A stretch of 64,000 bases of DNA, taken from assembly GCA_032718475.1 (NCBI GenBank), contig JAUCBJ010008996.1, positions 33,496-97,495 of the forward strand. Reading direction: 5' to 3'. How positions within the stretch are numbered: position 1 is the first letter of the stretch; each line of letters starts with the position of its first letter. Origin of the DNA: Nemertoderma westbladi. Taxonomy: Eukaryota; Animalia; Xenacoelomorpha. Below are positions 22,683-36,369 of this stretch, piece after piece. Made by a program: the position numbers and the translations under genes. The notes below the pieces were generated by a model. The model saw only the letters and a list, made by a program, of their open reading frames with translations. It was not told the origin of the DNA and did no database searches.

Positions 22683-25600
22683 AGCCGCACTCTTTAAATC
22701 ATATCGCTTTTAAGTAGGCCTACCTGTCTTCAGTCTGCATGTGTGCTATGCACTTCTTACTGGTCCGCACCCCCCTGTCTCGTAAAGTTACGTAATTTTA
22801 CGAAAAGAAATGTAATTGAATTTTGCTTGAAGACTCTTGGTTTGAGGGTACTTGAAATTACATGTGTTCATTGGTTGGAGGGTTATTTCAATTACCGTAC
22901 ATGGTGAAGTGTTCATTGTTTACTTATTTTATTCTTCATATTTGAAGAATAATGGTGAATGTTGTTATAATTATTATTCTGTGCTATGCCCGTTTTCCAA
23001 ATGTATGTATATTTGTGTGGGTGTGGGGTGGGGGGGGGGGGGGATAATAAATTAATCTCAACTGGCCACATTTACATTATTAATAAAATTGCATGAAATT
23101 ACATTTGAATTTATTCAATAAATATGTTTATGTTACAAATGATTTATGCGGTGCAGTAGTTCAAAAGGGACTGTTACACACTAGACTGGGCCAAATATAT
23201 AGGTAAAAAATAATTGTTTTCTTAGATTTGTATATAAGTTAAAGTTATACATATTGTTCCTTTTTCGCTAAATAAATGATCATGGCAAATTTGCATGAAA
23301 TTAAATTTTAATTTAGTCAATAAATTTGTTTATGTTACAAATGATAAAGGGGTAGTTCACACAGTTACACAAAAATATAGGTAAAACAGGCTCATTCGCC
23401 CTGAAATAGTCAATTTAGTAGGTGTAAAGTCTAAACACACACCTTCAAAGTACAGTAGAGTGATATGATCGAGTTTTTCCACAAAGGATAAGGCCAAGTG
23501 AACTCTATCATGGAAGACTGAATCGGCCTATGCCTTTTGTGCACCAACTCAATAACATTATAAACTCTTTTGAGGTGTTTTCACTTTACACAAACTTATT
23601 ATATTGCAAGTCGAATGAGCATGTTGTAAATTATCTAAGGTTTTGTATTTGGTGATAAGTCTCTAATTTCATATCATGTTAAGCCGGCCTGCACCTCTTG
23701 GGAAATATCTCAGGAACTACAGTAGGCCCTACAGTACTGTAATCACTACAGTATTAATTTGAAGGTGCATTTGAATTTGATTTAGTGTACATTAGAAGTG
23801 TCATATTTAGTGGTTATGTATAAATCGATGTGACGCGATGATGTTGAATTGAACATGACAAAGCCTTTTGTACAATATCTTCAACATTATTCACTCTGCT
23901 ACTATTTTGAAAGTGTCTAAACACCGACATCGATCATTGTGGACTAAATAAGTGACCAACAAGTGATGGCTGGCATAAGTACTGAAGAAGTATCATTGAC
24001 ACGAGATATTAATTCGATCACTAAGATGGGATTTGCATAAAGTTTACCCCCCCCCCCCCCCCCCCCACCCCCCCTGTTTCCAAATGGAAGTATGATATTC
24101 TCTGAATTCAATCCTAACAGTTTTGAAGCCAAACTTACAGTTCTTTTCTATGGATGAAATTGTACGATTCTGCCATTTTAAATACAGTAAATAAAAATAG
24201 TTTTTTTTAAATACTCTGAGGTGCTTTTCTAAGCATGGCTGAGTGCACCGCATGAATCTTTTTTAATTATAATTGTATAATACATATTTGTGTTTTCTTT
24301 TAATGTGATCAGATGAATAATAAACATATTTGAATATAAAGGAATCAAATATACAATATGATTTATTTTAATTTACAGCTGGATGCTTTTCTACCGCCAC
24401 AGAACGGTCTTCATGTACCTTATAAAATATTTTGTTGACATAAATTGATGAAGACATCTGACTCTGAAAATGTGCAGTTGACGTCACACATGACAGCGTA
24501 TTACAGTATTATTGCAGTTGCGTTGCAGTTGGCCTACCTAACTGTGTTTGAAGTTTTAGCACTACCCTGCACCAAGGACTACTATACTACAGGACTGGCA
24601 CACCCCTTCATCCGAAGGCGAAGTCCATTGGTTTGGTATTGCTTTATACTGTTATAGACATTGTATCAAAGGAATTTCCTGAAATTTGGTACACAATCCT
24701 AATTATTAATAACATTATATATTTTGGTGTCAAGAAATAAAGGACGAGCGCAGCGAGGCTTGTAACAAAGGGGACGAGTGTTGTGTACTAACTATTCATT
24801 ATAGTCTAGAACGACCGTGTTTAGTACATTGTGCGACAACAACGATGTGAAAAGCATCCCTACTGGTAGGGGAATGACACAGATGATAACGGATTCAACT
24901 AACGGTATATTGTCACGATTGTCTCACCCCACAATATACATGGACCCCCCTCTCTCTATATTCTTTATATCTGGTCATTTACTATACTAAACAGCTAAAA
25001 GTTCTCAAGCCAGGTTCCAGGTACCACCACCACCCCCCCCCCCCCCCCAACTGCCTTTCTGATATTATTACTTTATAGGGCTATTATTATTATGCACTTT
25101 ATATTACTATTAGGTACTTACTTTATTACTAGTAGGTACTCTCTATGTTATTACTTACTATTTATTACGATAGCCGACCCAATATTCCTCACCCCTGAGT
25201 GAAAACACATCAATGGCCCCGATACGGGCTCTTCATTAATATCAAAGTTTTTATGAGTCTCTCCTGGTTCGGACTAAACGTGTGACCCCCTGTAGGCTGT
25301 AGAGAAGTATCTCAGTTCACAGTTTGACGTGATACGAAACGATATCATATTTCCGCCTGGTATACAATAATATTTATTTATTTTGTCCCCTTCCCGTTAT
25401 TCGGAGGAATTTAATTTACTAATTTAGTTTGTGCGGCCGTATCGCCAGAATGCGAGTTGCGCCGTTTCTGCCTTTCCATAGATCGCTTTTGTACTCCATT
25501 AAGAAGGGTGTTTGCTAGGATACGGCAAGCAGCCTATTGGTGGGAGTGGGGAGATACCGTAATAGACCGCAATATTCCAATACAAATAATTACCTTTAGC

Positions 25601-26547
25601 CACGTAGAAACAACGGGTTCAGTCAGCTGCAAAAAGCCCCCAATTAAATCTCGCTCATTGAGAGCCTGAAGGTGGCGTTCCTCAATGGGAGGGAGTTCTC
25701 GTGGAGTGGGGGGTCGCGGTGGAACACACGATAAGGGAAGTAGTCGCGAGATAAGGGAAGTTGGTCGCAACTCGCAAGGAACCGCCAGGGACTTTCTTGT
25801 GCGGAATTCCCGCGGGAAACTCTGGCCAATGTTGAATACAAATGACGGCAGTGCTTCCATCTGTCCATAACTTAAACGGGGAGCCGTCATCTGCCTGCAC
25901 TGCAGCTGCGTCGTGGTAGCGCGGCGATCCACTGATGGCATAATATGCCTAACTGCGTAATACTGTATTAATAATAATTAACTTCTGAACTTGTTCTCTT
26001 AGTACCGGTAGTTTAGCCTAATGTCAGAATGTTGTAATACGGTACCTTCAGATCAGACCTTAAATACCTATTACCTGATTAGGGCCTACTGACTACTGTA
26101 TTATAGGTAACTAGTAGGCCTATAGTAGTTAATGTAGTAGGCCTAACTAAACCAGTAAAACTGTCAATCTGTCTGTTTCTGTGTTTGTAGGTTAAGTATA
26201 CACTCAGATACCTGGATACTGGTATAATAAATCATTCTACGGTAGCAGTATTAGTATTAGTATCAGTACTATTAGTATTAGTATTAGTATCAGTAGAGCC
26301 CTATTAACTACTTATTTGCGTTGTTGAGAGCTTTAACCATTAAAACTCTTTTTTAAATATTTTAAGATTTTAATTTAATTCGCCTTAACTTAAATAAATA
26401 AATATTTTTAATAATAATAAAAATACTACGGTACTTTAAAATGGAATTTGTTCTGTTATATTAGGTGTATTATGTATTTTTGTGTACTATGTATTTTTTT
26501 TTTTTTATTATATGATGAATATGATTGATACTAAGTGAATACTGAAT

Positions 26548-27500
26548 AATACTACGGTATTTTGATTAGAGAGATTAATACTAGGGTATTTTGATACGGT
26601 ATTTTGATTAGAGGTGAACACTAGACAATACTACGGTATTTTGATTTTGATTAGAGAGATTAATACTAGGCTATTTTGATACGGTATTTTGATTAGATGT
26701 GAACACTAGACAATACCACGGTATTTTGATTAGTGGTGAATATAATTAATGCTACAGTATTTTGAATAGAGGTGAACACTAGACAATACTACGGTATTTT
26801 GATTAGTGGTGAATATAATTAATGCTACAGTATTTTGAATAGAGGTGAACACTAGACAATACTACGGTATTTTGATTAGTGGTGAATATAATTAATGCTA
26901 CAGTATTTTGAATAGAGGTGAACACTAGACAATACTACGGTATTTTGATTAGTGGTGAATATAATTAATGCTACAGTATTTTGAATAGAGGTGAACACTA
27001 GACAATACTACGGTATTTTGATTAGTGGTGAATATAATTAATGCTACAGTATTTTGAATAGAGGTGAACACTAAACAATACTACGGTATTTTGATTAGTG
27101 GTGAATATAATTAATGCTACAGTATTTTGAATAGAGGTGAACACTAGACAATACTACGGTATTTTGATTAGTGGTGAATATAATTAATGCTACAGTATTC
27201 TGAATAGAGGTGAACACTAGACAATACTACGGTATTTTGATTAGTGGTGAATATAATTAATGCTACAGTATTTTGAATAGAGGTGAACATTAAATAATAC
27301 TACGTACCGTATGGGTATATATATGTAATACTACGTGTTTATATCGTGGTTGTCTAACATCATATAATTATGTATTTTGATTAGACAGAGGTGAATATGA
27401 TTACCACAGTATTTTGCTTAGAGATGAATATAAGTAATACTACAGTATTTTGCTTAGAGGTGAACATGATTAATACTGTACTACAGTATATTGAATAGAT
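26548..27500. repeat. 73-bp (36+37 dimeric) minisatellite
   Basis: ctacggtattttgattagtggtgaatataattaatgctacagtattttgaatagaggtgaacactagacaata repeated, with degenerate edges. Confidence 0.92.
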
Positions 27501-27519
27501 ATTTCAACCGTATGTTATT

Positions 27520-27809
27520 ATTTCGTCCAATTAATTTGCATATTACTGTATTATGACACTGTATATATTTTCATGTTTTATTTTATCCATATGTAATTTT
27601 AAACGATTTTAAATTTAAGCTGCATAAATCATTTTAAGAGGGGACCTGCATGGAAACGAGTTCTATGAACTCATGCAGTTATCCCCGTCAGAACATTTTA
27701 TTAGATAATCTTTAACATATAAATGTATATTATGTATATGTTCTTATGTATATGTATTTCTGTGTATTTCATGCGTTTCTGACAATAAACAACTTCAACT
27801 TCAACTTCA
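27520..27809 (+). mobile_element. Probable LINE/SINE 3' tail fragment
   Basis: Hairpin ctgcatg...gagttc/gaactcatgcag, followed by aataaa and an (aacttc)3 tail. Confidence 0.4.
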
Positions 27810-29136
27810 GTACAGCTTATAGCAATACTGCAGTATGAAATGAATGGACTTCGCTAGCGAAGTCGGATCAGGCAGTACAGTATGCCAGACCTGCAGTCTG
27901 GTAGTATAGTAGTCCTTGCTGCCTTGCCCTGCACTAAAGAAAGGGATGTACCGGTACTGACTGATACAATGATGGCTACGGTACTCTGGTACTACTGCAG
28001 TTTGTTTTTGTTAAGTGTTCAGGTTGTCAGGCAGTCAGGTGTTATATTTCAGTATTTGATGTCAGGGTTTAACGTTTACCATTCAGCCATTAGCTGATTA
28101 GGCTAGGCATACTGGCCTACTCCTACTGTGTAGTGCAGTAGTGTACTGCATTCAGTTCAGATTCAGGCATTACCGGTCTGCCGGGGGTACGGCTGTACGG
28201 TACCCTGGCACCTGGCTGCCTGGTACCTGGTACCCTGATAAATGTGATTGCAGGATTGTGATCGTGATCTGATTTGGTTTAGGCCTATCAGCCTATAATA
28301 ATAACATCAGACTGTCAGACAGTCAGAACCACTGAGCCCAGTTAGGTAGCACTACCCAGAATGGGGGTGGACGGACACCCCGAAAGGGGGTGGATGTTTC
28401 TGTAAAAATTTGCAATTTAGGCGTATTATCCACCCCGATTTTTATATATCGGGCTGGACTTACTTCCTACAAAATATCAAAGAGCGCCGACTTTGGGTTT
28501 GTCCACCCCGATTTCTAACTAGGCTGGCCTTGGCCTACCATAGCAGGAGCAGCATGACATCAGCCACATAGGTAGTGATTGACAGCAAAGTTATTCAGGG
28601 CAGGGGAATGAGTTGCAGTGTAGCTTGGGCTTACAGTACCCAAAGGTATGCAAATCAAGGTCTGCTCTGAATGTGTAGATGTGGTTGGGTAGCACTGCAT
28701 TGGAGCATTGCCCCAGGCCCAGGCCAATATAGACTAGAGTAATACACCATATGCCATAGGGCAGTAGGGCAGGTTATTAACCTCCAGGCTCCAGCCCAGT
28801 AGTCCACAGTCTTAATCAGTTACTATAGTTATTGTGTGGCATGGTCAAATCTGTGCTGCTGCGTGTTTGTGTATTGTGTGGTGTGGAGGGAATGAATGGA
28901 GTTGAGTCAGAGTCAGGATAAAGTGAGAGTTTAACATTTAATGTGGGATATGGCTATTGATATTAACTTTATCTGGCCCACCCTATAAAACAATTTGACA
29001 TCATGAATAAATATCAACATTTTTTATTTACATTCATTTGATATCATATAACAATAAATTATTTGACTTTTGAAATCATTATATAAAAAATGCAATGCGA
29101 ATGACACATAATTGTCAAATTTAAATGTTATCAATT

Positions 29137-29603
29137 TGCCATTGCATTGATGGTATAAATCTTAAAATCAAATTGATGTACTGTAATTTTGGTGAACTAA
29201 ATTTACTTCAATGTTTGAGATCAACACGGCAAAAGGCGAATGACATGCAAAGGACAAATTTATGCCATTGCATTGATGGTATAAATCTTAAAATCAAATT
29301 GATGTACTGTAATTTTGGTGAACTAAATTTACTTCAATGTTTGAGATCAACACGGCAAAAGGCGAATGACATGCAAAGGACAAATTTATGCCATTGCATT
29401 GATGGTATAAATCTTAAAATCAAATTGATGTACTGTAATTTTGGTTAACTAAATTTACTTCAATGTTTGAGATCAACACGGCAAAAGGCGAATGACATGC
29501 AAAGGACAAATTTATGCCATTGCATTGATGGTATAAATCTTAAAATCAAATTGATGTACTGTAATTTTGGTGAACTAAATTTACTTCAATGTGAGAGATC
29601 AAC
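29137..29603. repeat. 126-bp tandem repeat, about 3.7 copies
   Basis: tgccattgcattgatgg starts at 29137, 29263, 29389 and 29515. Confidence 0.93.
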
Positions 29604-30297
29604 AACTGAACAAGATAGCGGTGAATGAAAAAGATTACAAAAAACAAAGTTTTGTTTTCCTTTGTTTTATAAAATCGTTCGAACAGGTTTGCAAAAGTCG
29701 GGGAAACAAACTTGATTGGGAGTTTTTCTCTGAGTTTTATCGTTTATTGTTTTGGTTCTCTTAACACGCCTCTGTAACCTGCTCATTTACTAACCTGGGA
29801 CCTAACGCTCTTTGGGACCTGTACAAAACAAAGAGATAAAGTCGCGTTAAAGTCGCGTTAGGTCGCAAAGAGCAAGGACGGATCCAGGGGGTGGGCCAAG
29901 GGGGGCCAGGCCATGCCCCCCCCCCCCCCCCCCCCGAAACCGAAAAACTGAAACAAACAGACAAAAGCGCACATCAAATGTGGGTTCCACAAATTCAAGA
30001 CCTGTATTAATGTATAATAATGACATTCTAACCACATTTAGTTACCTAAACAATACAATAAACGAGATTTAACACATGTTAACATGGCTACTGTCGCCTT
30101 ACGGCTAATTTTTTGGGAGATTAGCCGTAACACGACATTAGCCGTACCGGAACTGCGCCGGTACCTTCAACCTGAATAAAGAAACTATATTCCAGGGCAT
30201 GGTGTATAGGAGAGGGGGGTAGGACTCTCGATACACTAAAATACAACAATGACGCAAAACTGCAAAATAACAGCTGATACTAAAATTGCAGCAGCAG

Positions 30298-30660
30298 CAG
30301 ACAATTGCCCCCTGAGGAAAATTGCTCCCCGGGGATATTTGCCCTGAGAACAATTGCCCCCTGGGCAATTTCCCTTAAGGACGATTGCCCCCTGCCGCTC
30401 TGAGGACAATTGCCCCCTACAATTGCCCCCCACTGCCCCAGACAATTGCACCCTGAGGGAGGACAATTGTTCCACAAGGATAATTGCTCTGAGGACAATT
30501 GCCTCCCGGACAATTGCCCCCGAGGACGATTACCCCCTGAGGACAATTGCCCCCTGGACAATTACCCCCGCAATATCTTATCTTTTGTGGGTAAGTGTGT
30601 CATTGGGGGACAATTGTCCTTGGGGCAATAGGCCTAGTCCGGGGGCAATTATCCTGTTAC
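30298..30660. mobile_element. MITE-like segment built from ggacaattgcccc subterminal repeats
   Basis: More than 10 direct copies of (g)acaattgcccc, then inverted copies ggggcaat at 30605-30650. Confidence 0.6.
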
Positions 30661-32359
30661 GGCAGTTTGTTATTAATTATTTAACATTTAATGTCGAACA
30701 AAATAATTAACATTGTTAATTCGCCGAGACAATATTCAAATTCACCAAGGAATTGCGTCATTTGTGCAATTGCGTAATAAGCTGTCATTAGCATCGATTT
30801 TCCCCTGGAGATGATTGAATTTTGATTGCGTCGAGTCTCCCCCCCCCCCCCCCCCCCCCTCCCCTTGATCATCCCCCACCGCCACCCCCCATTCAATTTT
30901 ATTAAAATAAATAAATAATTTAAGTAAAAATATGTAACATATTGCATACATAATCATTTATCAAAATAAATAATGTAGGCTATAGCGTATTCCATTTCCT
31001 GGAAATTGTAGCATAAATATTCCTTAACTTAATCAGTTAATAGCAATCAATAAACTCTTTAATATGTATTGCAGTCCCATCTTTTAATCTCTTTGGTTCT
31101 TAGTCATGGGCATGGCTGCATGGTGAGGTGTTTTGTGATATTAGTAGTGGAGTGGGTCTTGGTAGTATCAGCAGTATTTTATGTAATGTAATGTAACAGT
31201 CTGACAGTGTACTGGCAGACTGGTTCAATTTAATTGTCTCCCACAGCCAATCCATTAAACAGCTCAATACCTCAATATCAATAGCCTAAATATAAAGAGA
31301 GCTCTATGCCAGAACTGCATCTGTCAATCATCATGAGGCTCTCTATCTCCACTACACACTTCTCCAGACTAGTTGAAAGGCAGTGCCGCCTGGCTTTTGT
31401 GTGCTGTTAAAAAAGTGACTGTCCACCGCGAAACGGGGTGGATCATCTTCATTTGCTAATAAAACTTTTTCTATACATAGAAATTTATTTTTGTACATAC
31501 AAAATATGTATTTTGATATGCTCTATCTAATGTTATAAATTTCAATATAACGTACCGAATACGAAACTTTCGTACTTGATTTTTGTAATTTTACATACAA
31601 ATTCAAGTCAAAAATTGCTCAGTTGACGACAGTTGTCCACCCCCTTTCAGGGTGTCCGTCCACCCCCATTCTGGGTAGTGCTCCCTAACTGGAGCCCCGG
31701 CTCACGGCTGCCCGGTCCTTCGAATTACCCAAAAAAACACAAAATTTCCCAAAAATACACAAAAAAAAACACAAAAAAATACAAAAAAAACACAAAAATT
31801 TAGGCCTATCCAAAAATACACAAAAAACACAATAAAACACAAAAAACACAATATTACCTAGGCCTAAAAAACTTACCCTAAAAGACAAAAATTATTTATA
31901 TCCTATAAAAAGGTACGAGGAAGGCCTATAAACCAGTCGGTGATATAGGCGATTTTGGACTTATTCCAATTTTGGAACTTTGTGCGAGGGTAGATTCCGA
32001 AATCGGAATAGGCCCTACACTCCAAAATTGGACTTTTCTAAATTAAAAAAATATATTTTAAAGTCCTGCAAGTATATTTCCATCATAAATTCTATAATTT
32101 TTCAATAAATATATGTTTTTTGTGCCAAATTCATTATTCCTACCATGCTTTTGCAGAAATGTATTGCATACATTCCAAAATTGGACTTTGTTTGCAGAGA
32201 TGCTATGGACAGATGGAGGATGACTGCTGTAACACTAACAGACTAACAAGGTACAGGGGTCCGATCATAAGGCTATAGTATATGGGCATGATGACTAGAG
32301 CTGTACCCTGTACAGCACAGTTCTACGCTAGAAGCACAGCTGCAGCTAGACCCTAGACC

Positions 32360-32690
32360 AAGCTGCAGCTGTATTGGTGACATTCCTGGGCTTCCAATTA
32401 GGAAGACCTGTTTCGATCCCTAGATGGGGCACCGGGCACGCCAGCCTGGGCACGGTATGGTGCACGAGCACGAGGGCAGCACTCTTTGAGCACAGCTGCA
32501 CAGTGCTTTAAATGCTTCAGCCTAGACCATCCCTAGCTTTCATCCTTGTGAGTGGTCGATAAATGGGAACCAAGGCAACTTTGGAAACAAAATGGAAGAG
32601 GTTTACTAGCCTATAGAATATCATCCATGGTGGTGAACAGGCATTCCTTGGCTTAATGAGCCTAAAAAGATTATCCCATTCAATCAGTCA
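32360..32690 (+). mobile_element. Degenerate tRNA-derived SINE with Nin/Deu-like core
   Basis: Box-B-like gtttcgatccc. Core agctttcatcc...ggtcgataaatgggaacc resembles 42690-42730. Confidence 0.55.
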
Positions 32691-32734
32691 ATATCATGAA
32701 TTGGGGTGTTAGCTATGATGGAAAATAAATAGAC

Positions 32735-34950
32735 CTCTTAATCGTTTCAATATATTGTTTTAGTGTCTCATGTGCTGCGCGAAGGCCTTTGAACCGTTTC
32801 AACAGATTGTTTCAGTATCTCACATACTGCGCGAACGCGAAGGTATCTTAAACGTTTCAACAGTTTGTTACACAATGTTGGAGTACGCCACGTGCTGCGC
32901 GAAGGTCTCTCAAACGTTTCAACATATTGTTACACAATGTTACAGTAAGCCACGTGCTGCGCGAAGGTCTCTTAAACATTTGAACAGCTTGTTATACAAT
33001 GTTACAGTGCGCCACCTGCTGCGCGAAGGTCTCTCAAACGTTTCAACAGATTGTTTCAGTACCCCCATGTGCTGCACGAAGGTCTATTAAACGTTTCAAC
33101 AGCTTGTTAACAATGTTACAGTACGCCACATGCTGAGCGAAGGTCTCTTAAACGTTCCAACAGCTTGTTACAATGTTACAGTAAGCCACGTGCTGCGCGA
33201 AGATCTCTTAAACATTTGAACAGCTTGTTACACAATCTTACAGTGCGCCACGTGCTGCGCGAATGTCTCTCAAACGTTTCAACAGCTTGATTACACAATG
33301 TTACAGTAAGCCACGTGCTGCGCGAAGGTCTCTTAAACATTTGAACAGCTTGTTACACAATGTTGGAGTACGCCACGTGCTGCGCGAAGGTCTCTTAAAC
33401 GTTTCAACATATTGTTACACAATGTTACAGTAAGCCACGTGCTGCGCGAAGGTCTCTTAAACATTTGAACAGCTTGTTATACAATGTTACAGTGCGCCAC
33501 GTGCTGCGCGAAGGTCTCTCAAACGTTTCAACAGATTGTTTCAGTACCCCCATGTGCTGCACGAAGGTCTATTAAACGTTTCAACAGCTTGTTAACAATG
33601 TTACAGTACACCACATGCTGAGCGAAGGTCTCTTAAACGTTCCAACAGCTTGTTACAATGTTACAGTAAGCCACGTGCTGCGCGAAGATCTCTTAAACAT
33701 TTGAACAGCTTGTTACACAATGTTGCAGTGCGCCACGTGCTGCGCGAAGGTCTCTCAAACGTTTCAACAGCTTGTTACACAATGTTGGAGTACGCCACGT
33801 GCTGCGCGAAGGTCTCTTAAACGTTTCAACAGCTTGTTACACAATGTTACAGTAAGCCACGTGCAGACGTGCTGCGCGAAGGTCTCTTAAACGTTTCAAC
33901 AGTTTGTTACACAATGTTGGAGCACGCCACGTGCTGCGCGAAGGTCTCTTAAACATTTGAACAGCTTGTTACACAATGTTACAGTGCGCCACGTGCTGCG
34001 CGAAGGTCTCTTAAACGTTTCAAGTTCAACAGCTTGTTACACAATGTTACAGTTCGCCACGTGCTGCGCAAAGGTCTCAAACGTTTCAACAGATTGTTTC
34101 AGTACCCCACTGCCCCATGTGCTGCACGAAGGTCTATTAAACGTTTCAACAGCTTGTTATACAATGTTACAGTGCGCCACGTGCTGCGCGAAGGTCTCTC
34201 CAACGTTTCAACAGATTGTTACACAATGTTACAGTAAGCCACGTGCTGCGCGAAGGTCTCTTAAACATTTGAACAGCTTGTTACACAATGTTACAGTGCG
34301 CCATGTGCTGCGCGAAGGTCTCTCAAACGTTTCAACAGATTGTTACACAATGTTGCAGTGCGCCCGCCGCGTGCTCAGGTGCTGCGCGAACGTCTCTCAA
34401 ACGTTTCAACAGCTTGTTACACAATGTTACAGTAAGCCATGTGCTGCGTGAAGGTCTCTTAAACATTTGAACAGCTTGTTACACAATGTTACAGTGCGCC
34501 ACGTGCTGCGCGAAGGTCTCTTAAACATTTGAACAGCTTGTTACACAATGTTACAGTGCGCCACGTGCTCCGTGAAGGTCTCTTAAACGTTTCAACAGCT
34601 TGTTACACAATGTTACAGTTCTCCACATGCCTCGCGAAGGTCTCAAAAGTTTTAACAGATTGTTTCAGTATTTCACATACTGAGCGAAGGTCTCTCAAAC
34701 GTTTCATCAGATTGTTACACAATGTTACAGTATCGCATGTGCTGCACGAAGGTCTCTTAAACGTTTCAACAGATTGTTTCAGTATCCAACGTGATGCACG
34801 AAGGTCTCTTAAACGTTTCAATAGATTGTTACAGTGCCCCACATGCTGCACGGAGGTCTCTTAAACGTTTCAATGGATTTGTTTCAGTATCTCACATACT
34901 GTGTGAAAAATATTGAAGGTATCTTAATAATTTCAACAGATTGTTACAGT
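32735..34950. repeat. 62-bp satellite, about 35 copies
   Basis: Unit ccacgtgctgcgcgaaggtctcttaaacgtttcaacagcttgttacacaatgttacagtaag. Confidence 0.95.
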
Positions 34951-35066
34951 TCTAGTTTTTAAAATCTATTTACGTATGTACATTGACAAAGTGAAACAAA
35001 ATAGAGTAAATAAGGTAAATTTCATTCAGAAAGACAACTGTGGACTTAAAGTGCTAAGCAGCTAAG

Positions 35067-36369
35067 TAGGGCTCGATCGGAGCTCCGGCCTCCGGCTCCG
35101 GCTCCTGCCATTTTGGCACCTCCGGCTCCTGCTCCGGCTCCGGTAAAAATATTGCCGGAGTTAATTTTTTAATAAAGTATTATATTTCGTGCATATTCTA
35201 ATCTGAACAATTATTTAACACTATAAGTACTGTAGTACAGCTTCAATCTCAAGTATAATCTGATAATACTGCAGTATTTACTTAAAGTCAATGACTGACT
35301 GACTGTACTGCAGTACTGGTACTGGCCAGCTGGCTGACTAGCAGACTATTACAGATAGGCCCTACTTTAAAAAATTGTAAATGCTATGATTGTACACTGT
35401 CAGACTGTACCACTGCAGCCATTTACTGCTGTCATGCCAGCATACTGTACTGCAGTAGCAGTACTGGTACACGTACGGTAGGCTACCTACAGTACACACC
35501 TCTACCACAGTTAGACAGTTAGCGAGTTAGGTACTGTAGGTAATTTTAAGCCGTCAGCGTCAGGCCGTCGCCGTCAGCGTCAGGCCGTCTGTCCGTGATA
35601 AATTAATTACTTAAATTGAAAATTCGTAAATCTATAAATTATGAAATTAATTAGACCTACAGTATGATTGATTATGAGCGATTGGCGAACGATAACCATA
35701 CCGGTACTTTATTTTTTTTTAAATAAATTTTTGAAAATTTTTGATTTTTAAAATTTTTGAAAAACTCCGGCTCCTGCTCCGGCTCCGGCCAAATTGTCCA
35801 ACTCCGGCTCCTGCTCCGGCTCCGGCCAAATCCCAACTCCGATCGAGCCCTACCGGTCCTACGAATTACCCCAAAATACCCCAAAACACCCCAAAATACC
35901 CCAAAAGACCCCAAAATAGTATAAAACTACCCCAAAATACCCCAAAATAGTTTAGAATTACCCCAAAATACCCCAAAATAGTTTAGAATTACCCCAAAAT
36001 ACTTTTTTTTCAGCCTTTGTTTTGGAAATTTAATTTACCCCAAAATATGGCAAAATGACGAATTACCCCAAAATAATGACGAATTACCCCAAAATAATGA
36101 CGAATTACCCCAAAATAATTAAAAAATTTTTCTTCACTCTCGTTTATTGTTTTGGTTAAAAAAACTTGCCACTGTAACCTGCTCCTTTCCCTCGCTGTTA
36201 AAAAACATGGTTAGCTTATTTTGGGGTATTTTGGGGTAATTTTTTAGCCTTTTTGCGGTATTTTGGGGTAATATTTGACTATTTTGGGGTATTTTGGAGT
36301 ATTTTGGGGTATTTTGGGGTGTTTTGGGGTATTTTGGGGTAATTCAGTAATTCGTAGGACCCAGCCCTA
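35067..36369. mobile_element. Composite of two hAT-like MITEs sharing one 8-bp TSD (CAGCTAAG)
   Basis: tagggctcgatcggag...ctccgatcgagcccta (35067-35852) abuts ccggtcctacgaattacccc...gtaattcgtaggacccagcccta (35853-36369). cagctaag lies on both outer sides. Confidence 0.85.

Larger units (their letters stand above)
28339..31691. mobile_element. Non-autonomous TIR transposon with CAGT termini and 5-bp TSD GAGCC
   Basis: ~55-bp TIR cagttagg(t/g)agcactacccagaatgggggtggacggacaccc at both ends. gagcc at 28334-38 and 31692-96. Confidence 0.88.

Noticed and set aside
25534-25941. 135-aa minus-strand ORF as a gene
   Set aside because: No motifs, and a length expected by chance in a GC-rich patch.
36141-36184. 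RAG recombination signal resemblance of the bipartite motif (TACAGTG-13-ACCAAAACA on the reverse strand)
   Set aside because: It lacks the essential CAC, the heptamer varies among copies, spacers are not 12/23, and the sites are internal rather than terminal.
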